DNA from: Isosphaeraceae bacterium
Lineage (GTDB): Bacteria; Planctomycetota; Planctomycetia; Isosphaerales; Isosphaeraceae
Direction of reading: 5' to 3'
Assembly (NCBI GenBank): GCA_965201075.1
Contig: CBDAVP010000014.1
Location: 248,001-312,000 of the forward strand
DNA length: 64,000 bases
The stretch's first letter is position 1; each line of letters opens with the position of its first letter. The notes under the pieces were generated by a model. That model was not told the origin of the DNA. It made no database searches and saw only the letters and a list, made by a program, of their open reading frames with translations. A program made the translations under genes and the position numbers. This document shows, one piece after another, positions 41,090-51,121 of the stretch.

Positions 41090-41211
41090 CTATTGGTGTC
41101 AATTCAGTTTTTCCCACAAACACTATTGGTGGCAGTTCAGTTTTTCCCATGACCTTTAACAACCGCACTACTGGTGTCAATTCAGGCCTTCCCATGACCG
41201 TTAACAACCGT
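41090..41211. repeat. Three AT-rich direct repeats, family D
   Basis: CTAYTGGTGKCARTTCAGKYYTTCCCA at about 41090, 41123 and 41168. TTCCCATGACCKTTAACAACCG occurs twice. Confidence 0.8.
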
Positions 41212-41216
41212 ACCTC

Positions 41217-42629
41217 TCACCTCCCGCCGCTCATCGCCCGCATCATCGCCTCGGTCTGCCGGGCGTTCTCCTGGAGCACCTTACCGTTGGACGCCGCGAC
41301 CTGGCCGCCGACGGCCGCCGCCGCCGGCGCCATTGCCGCGGCCTGCTCCCGCCCAGCCTGTCGGCGCTTCGCCTTGGCGACGACCTCCGCCTTCCGCTCG
41401 GCGAGCTGCCGTTCAAGGTCCCGCTGGCGTCGCTCGGGGTCAATCTTGTCGAAGCGGAGCATGTACTTTGGGGACTGGCATAACTCGGGGGACAGCTCGC
41501 GGGCCTTGGACCGAGCGTTGTCCGACTCCACGAGTTCGGGGTAGAGTTCCACGACCTGGACGTAGATGGCCAGTGCCCTCTCGGTTTCCCCGTCGACCAC
41601 GAGGCGCCCGGCGTCGACCAGGAGGTGCACGGCCTTCCGCCGCCCGATCTTGATCCGCTCCAGTTCCGCCTCCTGCTCCGCGACTTTCTCGGCCCGACGG
41701 CGGTCGATCTCCTCTTGGACGGCCAGGAGCCGGGCTTCCTCCGCCTGTTCCCGCTTGAAGGCCTCGGCCCGGGCCAGGTCCGACTCGGCCCGGATGCGGG
41801 CCTGCTCCTGGCGGTTGCGCTCCCGCTCGGCCAGGGCCTCGGCCTGCATCCGGGCCTGCTCCGTGCGGAAGCGTTCCCGCTCGGTCGCGGCGTCGGCCTC
41901 GGCTCGCCGTCGACTCTTCGCGAGATCGGCCACCAACGCCCGACGGACCTCCACGGCCGGCGGCCTGACTTCCTCCGCCTTGGCGGCCAGGGACGCGACG
42001 ACCCGCTGGCGGCCGGCCTCGGCGATCCCGGTAACGGCGAGCACCCCAACCAGGCCGATCCCGCACAGTCCGACGCCGCTGAGCGGCCACTCCAGGCCCG
42101 ATTGCTTGCCCAACTGCGCCGTCAGGACGCCGACGGCCCCCAACGCGACCCCGATGCCCAGGATCGGCAGCACGACCAGATTGAGGTAGGGCACCCAGCA
42201 GATCAGCAGACCGACCAGTCCAAACAAGAACGAGGCCAGCCCGAAGGGGTTCAAGGCCTTCCCGGTCCGGGCCGTGACGGTCAAATGCGAACCGCGGTGC
42301 GTTTCGCGGGCCATGCGGGGGGGGAGGTTCAGTTGCGGGACCGCGGGGCGGGACGGCTCAATTTCGTCCGCCATCATCGCGACCAGGTCCTGGAAGGCCG
42401 AGGGCCCATCCCGTGTCGTCATCGGCTCCGGAGCCGGATCCGACTCGATCACTTCCCACATCGGCAGAGGGGTCAACTCTAACGGTGCCGCGGGCGCCGG
42501 GCCGGCGACCTCGGGCCTCCCGTCGACCGTGAAGGGACCGCCGCAAGCCGGGCATTTCAGCGTCCGGCCGGCGGCGGCGTCGGGGACTTTCAACTTCGAG
42601 CCGCAAGTGCAAACCACGCGGATCGCCAT
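41217..42629 (-). CDS. Zn-ribbon + DUF4190-like TM + coiled-coil/TPR-like membrane protein
   Basis: AAGGAG RBS. MAIRVVCTCG...KCPACG, GLASFLFGLVG TM helices, E/R/A-rich coil. Confidence 0.8.
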   Translation of the reverse strand: MAIRVVCTCGSKLKVPDAAAGRTLKCPACGGPFTVDGRPEVAGPAPAAPLELTPLPMWEVIESDPAPEPMTTRDGPSAFQDLVAMMADEIEPSRPAVPQLNLPPRMARETHRGSHLTVTARTGKALNPFGLASFLFGLVGLLICWVPYLNLVVLPILGIGVALGAVGVLTAQLGKQSGLEWPLSGVGLCGIGLVGVLAVTGIAEAGRQRVVASLAAKAEEVRPPAVEVRRALVADLAKSRRRAEADAATERERFRTEQARMQAEALAERERNRQEQARIRAESDLARAEAFKREQAEEARLLAVQEEIDRRRAEKVAEQEAELERIKIGRRKAVHLLVDAGRLVVDGETERALAIYVQVVELYPELVESDNARSKARELSPELCQSPKYMLRFDKIDPERRQRDLERQLAERKAEVVAKAKRRQAGREQAAAMAPAAAAVGGQVAASNGKVLQENARQTEAMMRAMSGGR

Positions 42630-43027
42630 CGACCGCTCCTTGGTTGGGGGCGGAACCTCGCCGCGCGCGCGGCCGCCAAGCACTCTATGCCGATCATCCA
42701 CGCTTGGTGTTACAAAAAACCCTCCCCGACTCATCAGAATTGCGAGACGCCCCGTGAACACTGTTGCACGATTGGTATCCGTTCAGTGTTTCCCAACGGC
42801 ACCGGCGTCCCGATCAGAGCCAGCGGGGTCAGACTCGTCCTCCCATTGGAGTCCGACTTGGGTTCTGGGTTTCCCAAAGCTCCCCGCCCGGGGCCGCGCA
42901 CCCCTGGTCGAGACGATCGACCAGGGCTCAGGCCCAGCCGCCTCGCCAACGGCCCATGCGTTTCTCATCGATGGATGTCTCGGTCACGACCCCGCGAGGT
43001 TGAAGCTCACAACGAGTGTCCAGACGT

Positions 43028-43106
43028 CGGGTGGCTGGGGTCTGGTCCTCCAGACCCCGGGTTGGGCTACGTACCGGGCTCTCGTTCGCGAGACCCCAGC
43101 CACCCG
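43028..43106. repeat. REP-like palindrome, family B
   Basis: CGGGTGGCTGGGGTCTGGTCCTCCAGACCCCGG ... GAGACCCCAGCCACCCG. Confidence 0.85.
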
Positions 43107-43446
43107 GCGCTATTCCCACGATCATCCGTAAGATCATCAATCCGGCCCGGGCGAGTCGCATGGGCGTGGGGTTTCGTCCTCCTGGCTCAGGTTCCACGCC
43201 TGGCAAAAGGAGCCAGGGCCGAATCGCGGACTGTCGAGACGCCTGGATCGTCCGCTCGTGGAAACTGGCCGAGCGACGGTGAGACCGATGCGCGGGCCCC
43301 GCGGCCGACATCCGGCACTCGGGAGCACTGCCAGGCCAACAAAAATTTCCAAAAAGCCCGCACGATTCCCGACCCCGGTCGCGATAGTGCTTTACGAGGG
43401 GATCTCACTCAACGCACCAAAGCCAAGCACCAACGAGCCCACTCCC

Positions 43447-44451
43447 ATGTCGCAGCCCCAAAACGCCCCCGAATCCCACACCACCCCCCGACCCCTCCTC
43501 CACGGCCTCACCATCGTCCCCCCCGAACACGAGGCCGACGCCCTCAACGACCGCATCGACTTCTGGACCTCCTCCCTCAAACCGTTCGATATCTACGAAA
43601 CCTGGCTCGTCCACGAAGTTGCCCGAAACACCCTCGAAATCGAGCGCCTCCACCAAACCCAGATCGTCCTCCGTCACGACCACGCCCAGCGCATCGCCGT
43701 CGTCTTCGAGCAGCAACAACGCGACCACGCCGAACTCCTCGCCGCCGGCCTCTCCCGCCACCCCGCCCGAGCCCTGGCCTCCCTCCGCAAATTCGCCCAG
43801 GGTTGCCTGGTCATCGCCCGCCGCTGGGAAATGCTCCTGGCCAGCCTCGAAAAGCGAGGAAGCTGGACCAGCTCCCAACGCCTCCAGGCCATGAACCTCC
43901 TGAACGTCCCGCCCGACTTCCGAGACGGCGTTACGCCCCTCGATCCGCCCGATGACGACCCCGAAACGCTCCCAGAACACCTCCGCCAACTGGCCGAAAC
44001 CGAGATCCAACGTCACAAGGAACTCGCCGCCCTCCTGCAACCCCTCGACGAACGGATGCGCCACGCGCTCACCCTCGGCCTCGGCCCCGAGCCCCCCGAA
44101 GTCGCCGCCGTCCGCAAGGTCCAGCGACAGGCCGAGCGCCGCCTCGCCTGGACTCGATCTCAATTCAAGACCTCCCGCCCCGACCGTCGACCGGTCGACC
44201 GTGGCGACCTGCCCGCCTACATCCCCGGCGAATACAACAACCGCCCCTATCCCCCGCCGGCCCCCACCTGGACCCCGGTTTACGACACGCCGTCCCCCGC
44301 CCCCCAGCCCCCCCAGGTCGCCGCCACGGCCTCATGGGCCACGCCGCACCCCTCGCCCACCGCCCCGGTCCTCAACGACCCGCCCAACCCCAAACCCCAC
44401 GTCCCCGAACCGCCCCAATCCCGTCCCAAACACCGACGGCGCCGGGCCTGA
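43447..44451 (+). CDS. Hypothetical helical protein of a multicopy family, Pro-rich tail
   Basis: ATG 43447. LLHGLTIVPP...W...LKP....E.WLV, resembling the NALKHGL-type expanded planctomycete families. Has a local pseudogene paralog. Confidence 0.75.
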   Translation: MSQPQNAPESHTTPRPLLHGLTIVPPEHEADALNDRIDFWTSSLKPFDIYETWLVHEVARNTLEIERLHQTQIVLRHDHAQRIAVVFEQQQRDHAELLAAGLSRHPARALASLRKFAQGCLVIARRWEMLLASLEKRGSWTSSQRLQAMNLLNVPPDFRDGVTPLDPPDDDPETLPEHLRQLAETEIQRHKELAALLQPLDERMRHALTLGLGPEPPEVAAVRKVQRQAERRLAWTRSQFKTSRPDRRPVDRGDLPAYIPGEYNNRPYPPPAPTWTPVYDTPSPAPQPPQVAATASWATPHPSPTAPVLNDPPNPKPHVPEPPQSRPKHRRRRA

Positions 44452-44496
44452 CCCAGCCGCAACCCCAACCGCCCCATCGCTCTTTGACAATTCGCC

Positions 44497-45993
44497 TCAA
44501 TCCGACTTCCGCGCCGGCTCGTAAATCGAGATCGGCCGAGGCGGAGGCGATGCCCAGACCCGACGCACCGACGACGGCCGAGCCGCCACATACCTCGCCA
44601 GCGGATTGGTTGGCGCCCGCGCATACCGCTCCTCATCCACGAGCAGATACGCCACTCGCCCCCGCGCGATTTCCTCCCCAATCGCCTCCTCGCCCCCCTC
44701 CGCCGCGGGAACCAGCGTCGGCCGCCGCGTCTGCCAACCCACCTCCGACGGATGCGTCGTCAACACCGCCCCACCCAAAGCGCCCGGCCGGCCCATCCAC
44801 GCGCACGCCGCGTCGAACGAGTCATGAGATCGTCGTTGGACGCCCGATCGACCGGCAGCGACCGCGTAAAGGGCGTAAGGAATCGTCGCGGCGAGTATCG
44901 CTCTCGCGAGAAACCGTCGAGAGAGGCGTATCCCGATTCGGGGAAACGCCCAGGCTAGCCCCTCCACGCCCCCGACCAGCAAGACCGGAACCAAGGGGAT
45001 CAGGAACCGGCCCGCCTCGGTGAACGGCCAAACCAGCAAAAGCCCCATCGTCACCGCCCCAATCAACGAGGCCAACCGCCGCCGAACCGACCGCGACGCC
45101 CCAATCCACCCCACCAGTACCCCGGCCGTCACCACCGACGCCCCGGCCGTTGCCAACCCAGCCACCCCCGCCGATCTCCCAAACACCGTGGCACTCTCCA
45201 CGAACGGGCCCCAAAGCGCATCGGGCACCCGCCGCACATAAAACAACGCCCGTTCCCAATCCCAGCCCCCCCCGCCGGTCAACAACCCAACCTGAGTTCC
45301 CCGAGGAGCCCTCAACAACCAAACCGCCCACGGAACCACCACCACCACCGCCGCCACCATCGCCGCGATCGTCGGCCGAAATCGTTTCCGCAAAAGAAGA
45401 TCGGTCAGAAGAGCGGCGGCCAGGCAAACCCCAACATGCCGGGTCAAAACGCAGCCACCCAGCAAGATCCCCAGACCAATCCCTCGACCAATCCCCCCCC
45501 GTCGCCCAACGCCCACCGCCGTCAGCATCGCCCCCTGACCCAGCAGCAGGAACAGCGGCTCCGACTGGATCGTCCCGCCCACTCGCCCCCACGACCAGTT
45601 CGCCGCCACCGCCAAACCCATCGCCAGCGCCGTCGCCGGGGCATACATCGTCGAGAACCACCGCCAGGCCAGCACCACCGCCCCCACCGTCGCCAACGCC
45701 GACGCCGCATGGGCCGCCGACACCCTCACCCCCACCACCCGCCAAAGCCCCGCCAGCGCCAGCGGATACCCCGGCGGGAAGTGCGTATGAGGCAACGCCC
45801 CCGCCGAATCCCCCTCCCGATACCCCCGCCCCTCGGCAAGCGATCGCCCCAACCGAGCATAGTCGGCCCCATCAAACCGCGGAGGCTCCCGCAAGCTCAG
45901 GTTCCCCCCCACCGAAACGCACGCGGCCACCGCCACGAGCATCCCATGCCACCAACCGCGCCACCGCCACCGCCCCCGCCGCCCGAAACTCAA
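44497..45993 (-). CDS. GT-C fold glycosyltransferase (ArnT/PMT-like)
   Basis: FDGADYARLGRSLAEGRGY, HFPPGYPLAL, QSEPLF, LTRHVG, RFLIPLVP, many TM helices. Start uncertain. Confidence 0.8.
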   Translation of the reverse strand: MSFGRRGRWRWRGWWHGMLVAVAACVSVGGNLSLREPPRFDGADYARLGRSLAEGRGYREGDSAGALPHTHFPPGYPLALAGLWRVVGVRVSAAHAASALATVGAVVLAWRWFSTMYAPATALAMGLAVAANWSWGRVGGTIQSEPLFLLLGQGAMLTAVGVGRRGGIGRGIGLGILLGGCVLTRHVGVCLAAALLTDLLLRKRFRPTIAAMVAAVVVVVPWAVWLLRAPRGTQVGLLTGGGGWDWERALFYVRRVPDALWGPFVESATVFGRSAGVAGLATAGASVVTAGVLVGWIGASRSVRRRLASLIGAVTMGLLLVWPFTEAGRFLIPLVPVLLVGGVEGLAWAFPRIGIRLSRRFLARAILAATIPYALYAVAAGRSGVQRRSHDSFDAACAWMGRPGALGGAVLTTHPSEVGWQTRRPTLVPAAEGGEEAIGEEIARGRVAYLLVDEERYARAPTNPLARYVAARPSSVRRVWASPPPRPISIYEPARKSD

Positions 45994-46291
45994 GGCTCAC
46001 CCCCGCGACCACCGGCCGCCCACGACCCCCAAAGTGTCACCATGCCGGACCGCCCCGACATCACGCAACCAGAATCCCACGGTCCAGTTCGGGAAATCCC
46101 ATGCCCTTCGGGGATTTCTCCCGAAATTCGTTTGCCAACGGCATTGGCCCATGCTTTATACAACCCGGGTTGGGGCTCCGGCCACCGGCAACGCCCACCG
46201 GCCCCGCCGACACCACCCCCTCTCCGTCGCGACCGCCCCGAGGCCAGGGGCCCGCGACGATCCCCCGACTCAGGCCCACCCGGAGGCAGTC

Positions 46292-46918
46292 ATGCGCAAG
46301 TATGTGGTCGAGTTCATCGGGACGTTCTTCCTCGTTCTCACCGTCGGCATGACGGTCCTCGACCCCGGAGCCAACGCCCTGGCCCCCCTGGCCATCGGCT
46401 CGGCCCTGATGGTCATGATCTACGCTGGCGGCCACATCTCGGGCGCCCACTACAACCCCGCCGTCACCCTGGCCGTCGTCATCCGCGGCCGTTGCCCAGC
46501 CAAGGACCTGCCCGGCTACTGGATCGCCCAGTTCCTGGCCGCCGCCGCCGCCGCCTTCCTCGTCCTCCAGCTCAAGGGGCACCCCACCGTCCCCCCCTTG
46601 AAGCTCAACACCCCCAACGCCCTGCTCGTCGAGTTCCTCTTCACCTTCGCCCTGGCCTACGTCGTCCTGAACGTCGCCACCAGCAAGCAAACCTCGGGCA
46701 ACTCCTTCTACGGACTGGCCATCGGCTTCACCGTCGTCGCCGGAGCCTGCGCCGTGGGAGCCGTCTCCGGAGGAGCCTTCAACCCCGCCGTCGCCCTGGG
46801 CATCACCCTCATGGGCCTGGCCACCACCAGCAACGTCTGGATCCACCTCGTCGGCGACTTCGCCGGAGCCGCCCTCGCCGGCTTCGCCTTCCTCGCCCTC
46901 AACCCCGACGACCGCTAA
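46292..46918 (+). CDS. Aquaporin (MIP family)
   Basis: EFIGTFFL, HISGAHYNPAVT, EFLFTF, SGGAFNPAV (two NPA motifs). GGAGG RBS. Confidence 0.96.
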   Translation: MRKYVVEFIGTFFLVLTVGMTVLDPGANALAPLAIGSALMVMIYAGGHISGAHYNPAVTLAVVIRGRCPAKDLPGYWIAQFLAAAAAAFLVLQLKGHPTVPPLKLNTPNALLVEFLFTFALAYVVLNVATSKQTSGNSFYGLAIGFTVVAGACAVGAVSGGAFNPAVALGITLMGLATTSNVWIHLVGDFAGAALAGFAFLALNPDDR

Positions 46919-46938
46919 TCGGTCTTTTCCCCAACCTC

Positions 46939-47039
46939 TCGCGGACGAGAAAATGGGGACTGGCTCTCGCGACTCGCACAACGGACCAAACCCTTGACGG
47001 TGGACCGCGAGTGCCTGCCCCCATTTTCTCGTCCGCGAC
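46939..47039. repeat. REP/REPIN-like palindrome, family A
   Basis: TCGCGGACGAGAAAATGGGGACTGGCTCTCGCG ... CGCGAGTGCCTGCCCCCATTTTCTCGTCCGCGA. Lies between convergent genes. Confidence 0.88.
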
Positions 47040-47059
47040 ACATCCCAACGCTCCGCGAA

Positions 47060-48490
47060 CTAAGCCCCAACCCCCCGCGACGGGCCCCCCGTCGCGGGAC
47101 GATTCCCCCGGCCCAAACCCGTCAGGTAATACACCGGAACCCCCGCCAGGATGCTCAACAACGAGAACAATGCATCCCAACGGCTCATCGGCGAAGTCGC
47201 CACCGCCACTACCAGGACGGCGCTCACGACCAGGTAAACCAGCGGAGTCAGCGGATACCCCGGCGTCCGGAACGGCCTCGCCAACTCCGGACGGGTCCAT
47301 CTCAGCACCGGAACCGCCCCCACCGTCAGCATCGAGAACAACGCCAGCCCCACCCCGGCATACACCACGATTCCCCCCAGCGACCCCGTCCAGAGCAGCA
47401 CCAACGCCCAGGCCACCAGTGCCGCCGTCGCCACCCCGGGAGTCTGCCCCTTCGGCGTCAACCTCGCCAAAACCGGGGGAAACTGCCCCGCCACCGCCAT
47501 CGCGTACAGAACTCGCGGACCCGTCAGCAGATACGCGCTCAGCGACGCCAGCAAGGTCAGCCCCACCGCCACCGACAGCGGCTCCGCCACCCTCGCCCCA
47601 AACAGCTTCCGAGCCGCCAACTCGGCGATCGGCGCCACGGCATCATCCCCGGTCTTGGCCAACGCCTGGACCTCGGCCGCCGGCAGCGCCAACGCATAAA
47701 CCAGGTTCAAGCCCAGGTACAGCGCCACCACCAGGCCCGTCCCCAGCAAGATCGCCCTGGGCAAGGTCCGCGACGGGTCGGCCACCTCGCCGGCCAGATA
47801 CGACGCCGCATTCCAACCCGTGTACGCATACCCAATGAACACCAGGGCATACGCCATGTTGCGCAAGGTGGCGAAGTCCAGCGGGGGCCGGTCCTCCAGG
47901 TTCGCACCGAACCCCCGACCCGCCACCAGGCCCGCCACCAGCAACGTCGCCAGAACCACCGCCTTGAACCCCGTGATCGCCGACTGCCAGCGAGCCGAAT
48001 GATGCCGCCCCGCCGTATGAATCGCCGCCAAAACCAGGATCAAGGCCGTCGCCAGACCCCGACCGGCCAGCGTTGCCGTCGGCTCGGCCAGACCCAGAGG
48101 CGCCAGCAGGTACTTGGTCGAAGCGGTGGCGGTGGCGGCGATCGGCGCCGCGAAGCCGATCAAAAACGACACCCAGCCCGACAGGAACCCCGCCAGCGGA
48201 CCATACGCCGCGGTCATGTAGACATAGTCGCCCCCGGTCGAGGGCAACGCCGCCGAAAGCTCCGCCAGGCAAAGGGCGCCGCACACCGCCACCAACCCGC
48301 CGATCACCCAGAGGATCAGCATCAATTGATTGCTACCGACGGCCGCCACCGTGTAGCCGGAGGTCGTCAACACTCCCACGCCGACCATGCTGGCAACCAC
48401 CACCGACGTCGCCGTCGCCGTGCCATAGCCGGCCGGCATCGCCAGGGCCGGCGGTGGTTCCCCAGGTGCGTCCCCCGATCCTGCCGTCAT
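47060..48490 (-). CDS. APC family amino acid permease
   Basis: SMVGVGVLTTSG, LAELSAALPSTGGDYVY, AYTGWN, EVADPSRTLP, RPFRTPGYP. Confidence 0.94.
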   Translation of the reverse strand: MTAGSGDAPGEPPPALAMPAGYGTATATSVVVASMVGVGVLTTSGYTVAAVGSNQLMLILWVIGGLVAVCGALCLAELSAALPSTGGDYVYMTAAYGPLAGFLSGWVSFLIGFAAPIAATATASTKYLLAPLGLAEPTATLAGRGLATALILVLAAIHTAGRHHSARWQSAITGFKAVVLATLLVAGLVAGRGFGANLEDRPPLDFATLRNMAYALVFIGYAYTGWNAASYLAGEVADPSRTLPRAILLGTGLVVALYLGLNLVYALALPAAEVQALAKTGDDAVAPIAELAARKLFGARVAEPLSVAVGLTLLASLSAYLLTGPRVLYAMAVAGQFPPVLARLTPKGQTPGVATAALVAWALVLLWTGSLGGIVVYAGVGLALFSMLTVGAVPVLRWTRPELARPFRTPGYPLTPLVYLVVSAVLVVAVATSPMSRWDALFSLLSILAGVPVYYLTGLGRGNRPATGGPSRGVGA

Positions 48491-48523
48491 GCCGCCCCCA
48501 TCGCCGCCATCGCGACCGGGAGC

Positions 48524-50533
48524 TTACCGGGTTCGGTCCGGCAGGGTCAACGGCCCAACCTGCTTCATGCCAAAGACCACGGTCACCCCGCCTCGCGTTT
48601 GCCTGCCGACTCGGGGCGTCGACAGCGCCTCCACGTTGGTCCGCTGGCCGATCCCCAGGTGGTTGATCGGCCGGGCCACCAGCGTCGAGTTCGTCGCCCG
48701 GCCAATGATGATCCGCTGCGCCTCGCCCGCCGCGTTCAGCACCAGGCCATTCACGTCATCGGCCTGGAACGACCGGATGTTGCCCCGAGAGTCCACCAGC
48801 ACCGAACCCGCCAGCGACGGGCGGAACGACTCGCTCAGGCCCGCCAGCAGGTTCGGGTCGAACAGGGTCACGGTCCCATCATAAGCCAGGGTCGAGGCGC
48901 TGAAGAAGCTCACCACGTTGCCGCCATTGCCCAGCCCGGTGACCTGCGCCAGATCCTGGTCCACGCTGCCCAACCCCTGATTGGCCAGCGGTCCGGCCGG
49001 GGCATTGACCCCCCCAGGAGCCTTGGCGTTGGGCAACGCGGCGCGACCCGACTCGACCAGGGTGCTCGTCGTGGCGTTGAGGCCCAGCAGCCCAAGCTGA
49101 ATGTTGTTGGGCTGGAACGTGTCGAAATGAGCCGCCCCCGATGCGTAAATCCCATCCGAGCCGGACAGTCCGGTCAACCCTCCGGAAAGCTGGAACTGCT
49201 GCAACGGCGTGTACGGCGAGCCCATCGCGACGGCCTGCCCGGTGGCCAGGCTCTTGGTCACGTCGATGACCTGGAGCAGTCCCAACGCCCCGGCGTTGGC
49301 GTCGGAAACCACCGTCCGGGTGTCGGTCGAACCCAGTCCCGTGACCGTCGTCAAGCCGTTGGCGGCGAGGGAACCGGTGGTGAAGCTGCCGACGAAGGTG
49401 CCATTGAGGGCGTCGTAGGCCGAGACCGTCGAGCCAATCCCCACCAGGGCGACCAGCCGCCCGCCATCGCGCCCCAGCGACACCCCGGCCACACTGGCGC
49501 CGGGCGCCGCGGCGGCCACGGCGATCGTCTGGAGCGGGACGCCGGTCTTGGCGTCGAACCGGATCAAGGTGCCGGCGGTGGGGTCGTAGCCGAAGACCTG
49601 CGGGTCGCCCAGCCCCGCGGCGGCCGAGCCCCGAACGTGGTGGATGATGACGTCGGTGCCGGCGAAGAACGTGGTCGAACCCGTGCTCCCCGACGACCCT
49701 CCGCCGACCCCCGTGCTGCTGGTGACCGTCGACGAGACCGTCCCGGTCGAGGTGGTGTTGCCGCTGGTGGAGTTGGCCGTCCCGGAGCTGGTCGTCGACG
49801 AGACGCCGCCGCTGGAGCTGGTCGTCGTGGTGGTGGTGCCCGTGGTGGTGCTGCCCGTGCCGGTACCCGTCGTGCCGTTGATGCTGCCGGAGAACGCCCC
49901 GGTGGTCCCACTGGTGGCCGCCACCGAAGACCCCGCGCTGGTGACGTTGAGCCCCCCGACACTGCTGGGCCCCGACTGGGTCAGGCCCGTCGTGCTGGAG
50001 GTGGTATTGGACGACCCGACCGTGCCGCCGATGACCCCAGTGCTGGGCGAGGTTCCGGTGGCTGTCGAGGAGACGGTAATTGCCGGCGGTTGCCCCAGGT
50101 GGATCTGGCTGTTGGCGTCGGCCGAGTCAAGCACCAACCGACTGACCCCGGCGGTCAGGTTGATCGACCCGCCCGAGACCAGGGTAAAGGGCCGCAGGTT
50201 GACTACCCCCACCTTCTCGCTACCGGCGCCGCTGAAGTCACCCGGGGCCGAGGCGGCGTCGCGGATGCTGCCCAGGGCGACGGTCCCACCCCGACCCCCG
50301 GAGACCTTGCCATAGATCAAGGTATTCTGAAGCGTGCCGGAATAGACCAGGTCCAGGGCCCCGTCGGGCCCGACCTTGGTGCCGTCGAGGTTGCCAGCGG
50401 CGATCAGGGTGATGGTCACCCGGGCGCCGGAGGCCGTGGTGTAGTCAAAGCGGGCATTGAGCAGTTGCCGGCCTTCCAGCCCCTCGACCGCCGGCCTCGC
50501 GGGGCGCGAACGCCTTGTCTCGCTGGGCATCAT
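48524..50533 (-). CDS. Planctomycete LExRxLL-motif extracellular protein with Thr/Ser/Gly-rich linker
   Basis: MMPSETRRSRPARPAVEGLEGRQLL N-terminus, long T/S/G tract, beta-rich C-terminus. Confidence 0.82.
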   Translation of the reverse strand: MMPSETRRSRPARPAVEGLEGRQLLNARFDYTTASGARVTITLIAAGNLDGTKVGPDGALDLVYSGTLQNTLIYGKVSGGRGGTVALGSIRDAASAPGDFSGAGSEKVGVVNLRPFTLVSGGSINLTAGVSRLVLDSADANSQIHLGQPPAITVSSTATGTSPSTGVIGGTVGSSNTTSSTTGLTQSGPSSVGGLNVTSAGSSVAATSGTTGAFSGSINGTTGTGTGSTTTGTTTTTTSSSGGVSSTTSSGTANSTSGNTTSTGTVSSTVTSSTGVGGGSSGSTGSTTFFAGTDVIIHHVRGSAAAGLGDPQVFGYDPTAGTLIRFDAKTGVPLQTIAVAAAAPGASVAGVSLGRDGGRLVALVGIGSTVSAYDALNGTFVGSFTTGSLAANGLTTVTGLGSTDTRTVVSDANAGALGLLQVIDVTKSLATGQAVAMGSPYTPLQQFQLSGGLTGLSGSDGIYASGAAHFDTFQPNNIQLGLLGLNATTSTLVESGRAALPNAKAPGGVNAPAGPLANQGLGSVDQDLAQVTGLGNGGNVVSFFSASTLAYDGTVTLFDPNLLAGLSESFRPSLAGSVLVDSRGNIRSFQADDVNGLVLNAAGEAQRIIIGRATNSTLVARPINHLGIGQRTNVEALSTPRVGRQTRGGVTVVFGMKQVGPLTLPDRTR

Positions 50534-50689
50534 CCTGCCTCCTGCACTCCGGACGCACCGCATCGCACCGGCCGGCCTCCTGCCGCTTACCCTAAGAGAT
50601 CGGCAATCCGGCCCCGAATCTGTTGGGAGCCGCCCACCCCGGCGAACCCGGCCCCACCCCAGCCCGCCCGTCCGTATCCGTTCAACCGG

Positions 50690-51010
50690 CTGATCCACCG
50701 GCAGGCGAGCTCTCTGGAGGAGGCCCGACGGAGAATCGAGCCGCCGGAGCACTCGGTGGACTTGCTGCTGCTCCAGAGATACGGCCCTCGCGGTGGACGC
50801 CTCGACCCGGACCGGGTGCCACCCTCCTCCGAGGATGGCGACAAGTCCACCTCCGCGGGCGCCGCCATCACCCGCGAGACCCCCGAGACGGCGAAGCGTC
50901 CCTGGAAGCGTCGCGGTCGCCGGACTCTCCCCGAGCGTTTGCTTCGCGTCCTGGCCGTTATCGAACTCCCTGAACGCGAACGAGCCTGCCCAGGTCGCGG
51001 CGGGCTTCGT
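50690..51010 (+). pseudogene. Decayed IS66 TnpC N-terminal fragment
   Basis: RRIEPPEHSVDLLLLQRYGPRGGRLDP ... KRRGRRTLPERLLRV...ELPERERACPGRGG (leucine-zipper/HTH region and eroded CxxC). No DDE domain. Confidence 0.7.
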
Positions 51011-51121
51011 CCCCACTTCTCCCTTGGTCGCGGTCGTCCCGCAACCGTCACAACCTCCGGGGGGTGGGATCGGTTACCTTCGGGGAGTGGTCCGCTCGCC
51101 CATCCCCGAGGAGCAATCCCG

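Noticed and set aside
41090..41211. Mini-CRISPR
   Set aside because: Linkers are too short (about 6-18 nt) and partly identical, and the repeats are degenerate.
17744..46918. pLGIC, bestrophin and aquaporin as a single channel system
   Set aside because: They lie 10-18 kb apart in unrelated transcription units with no shared motif seen.
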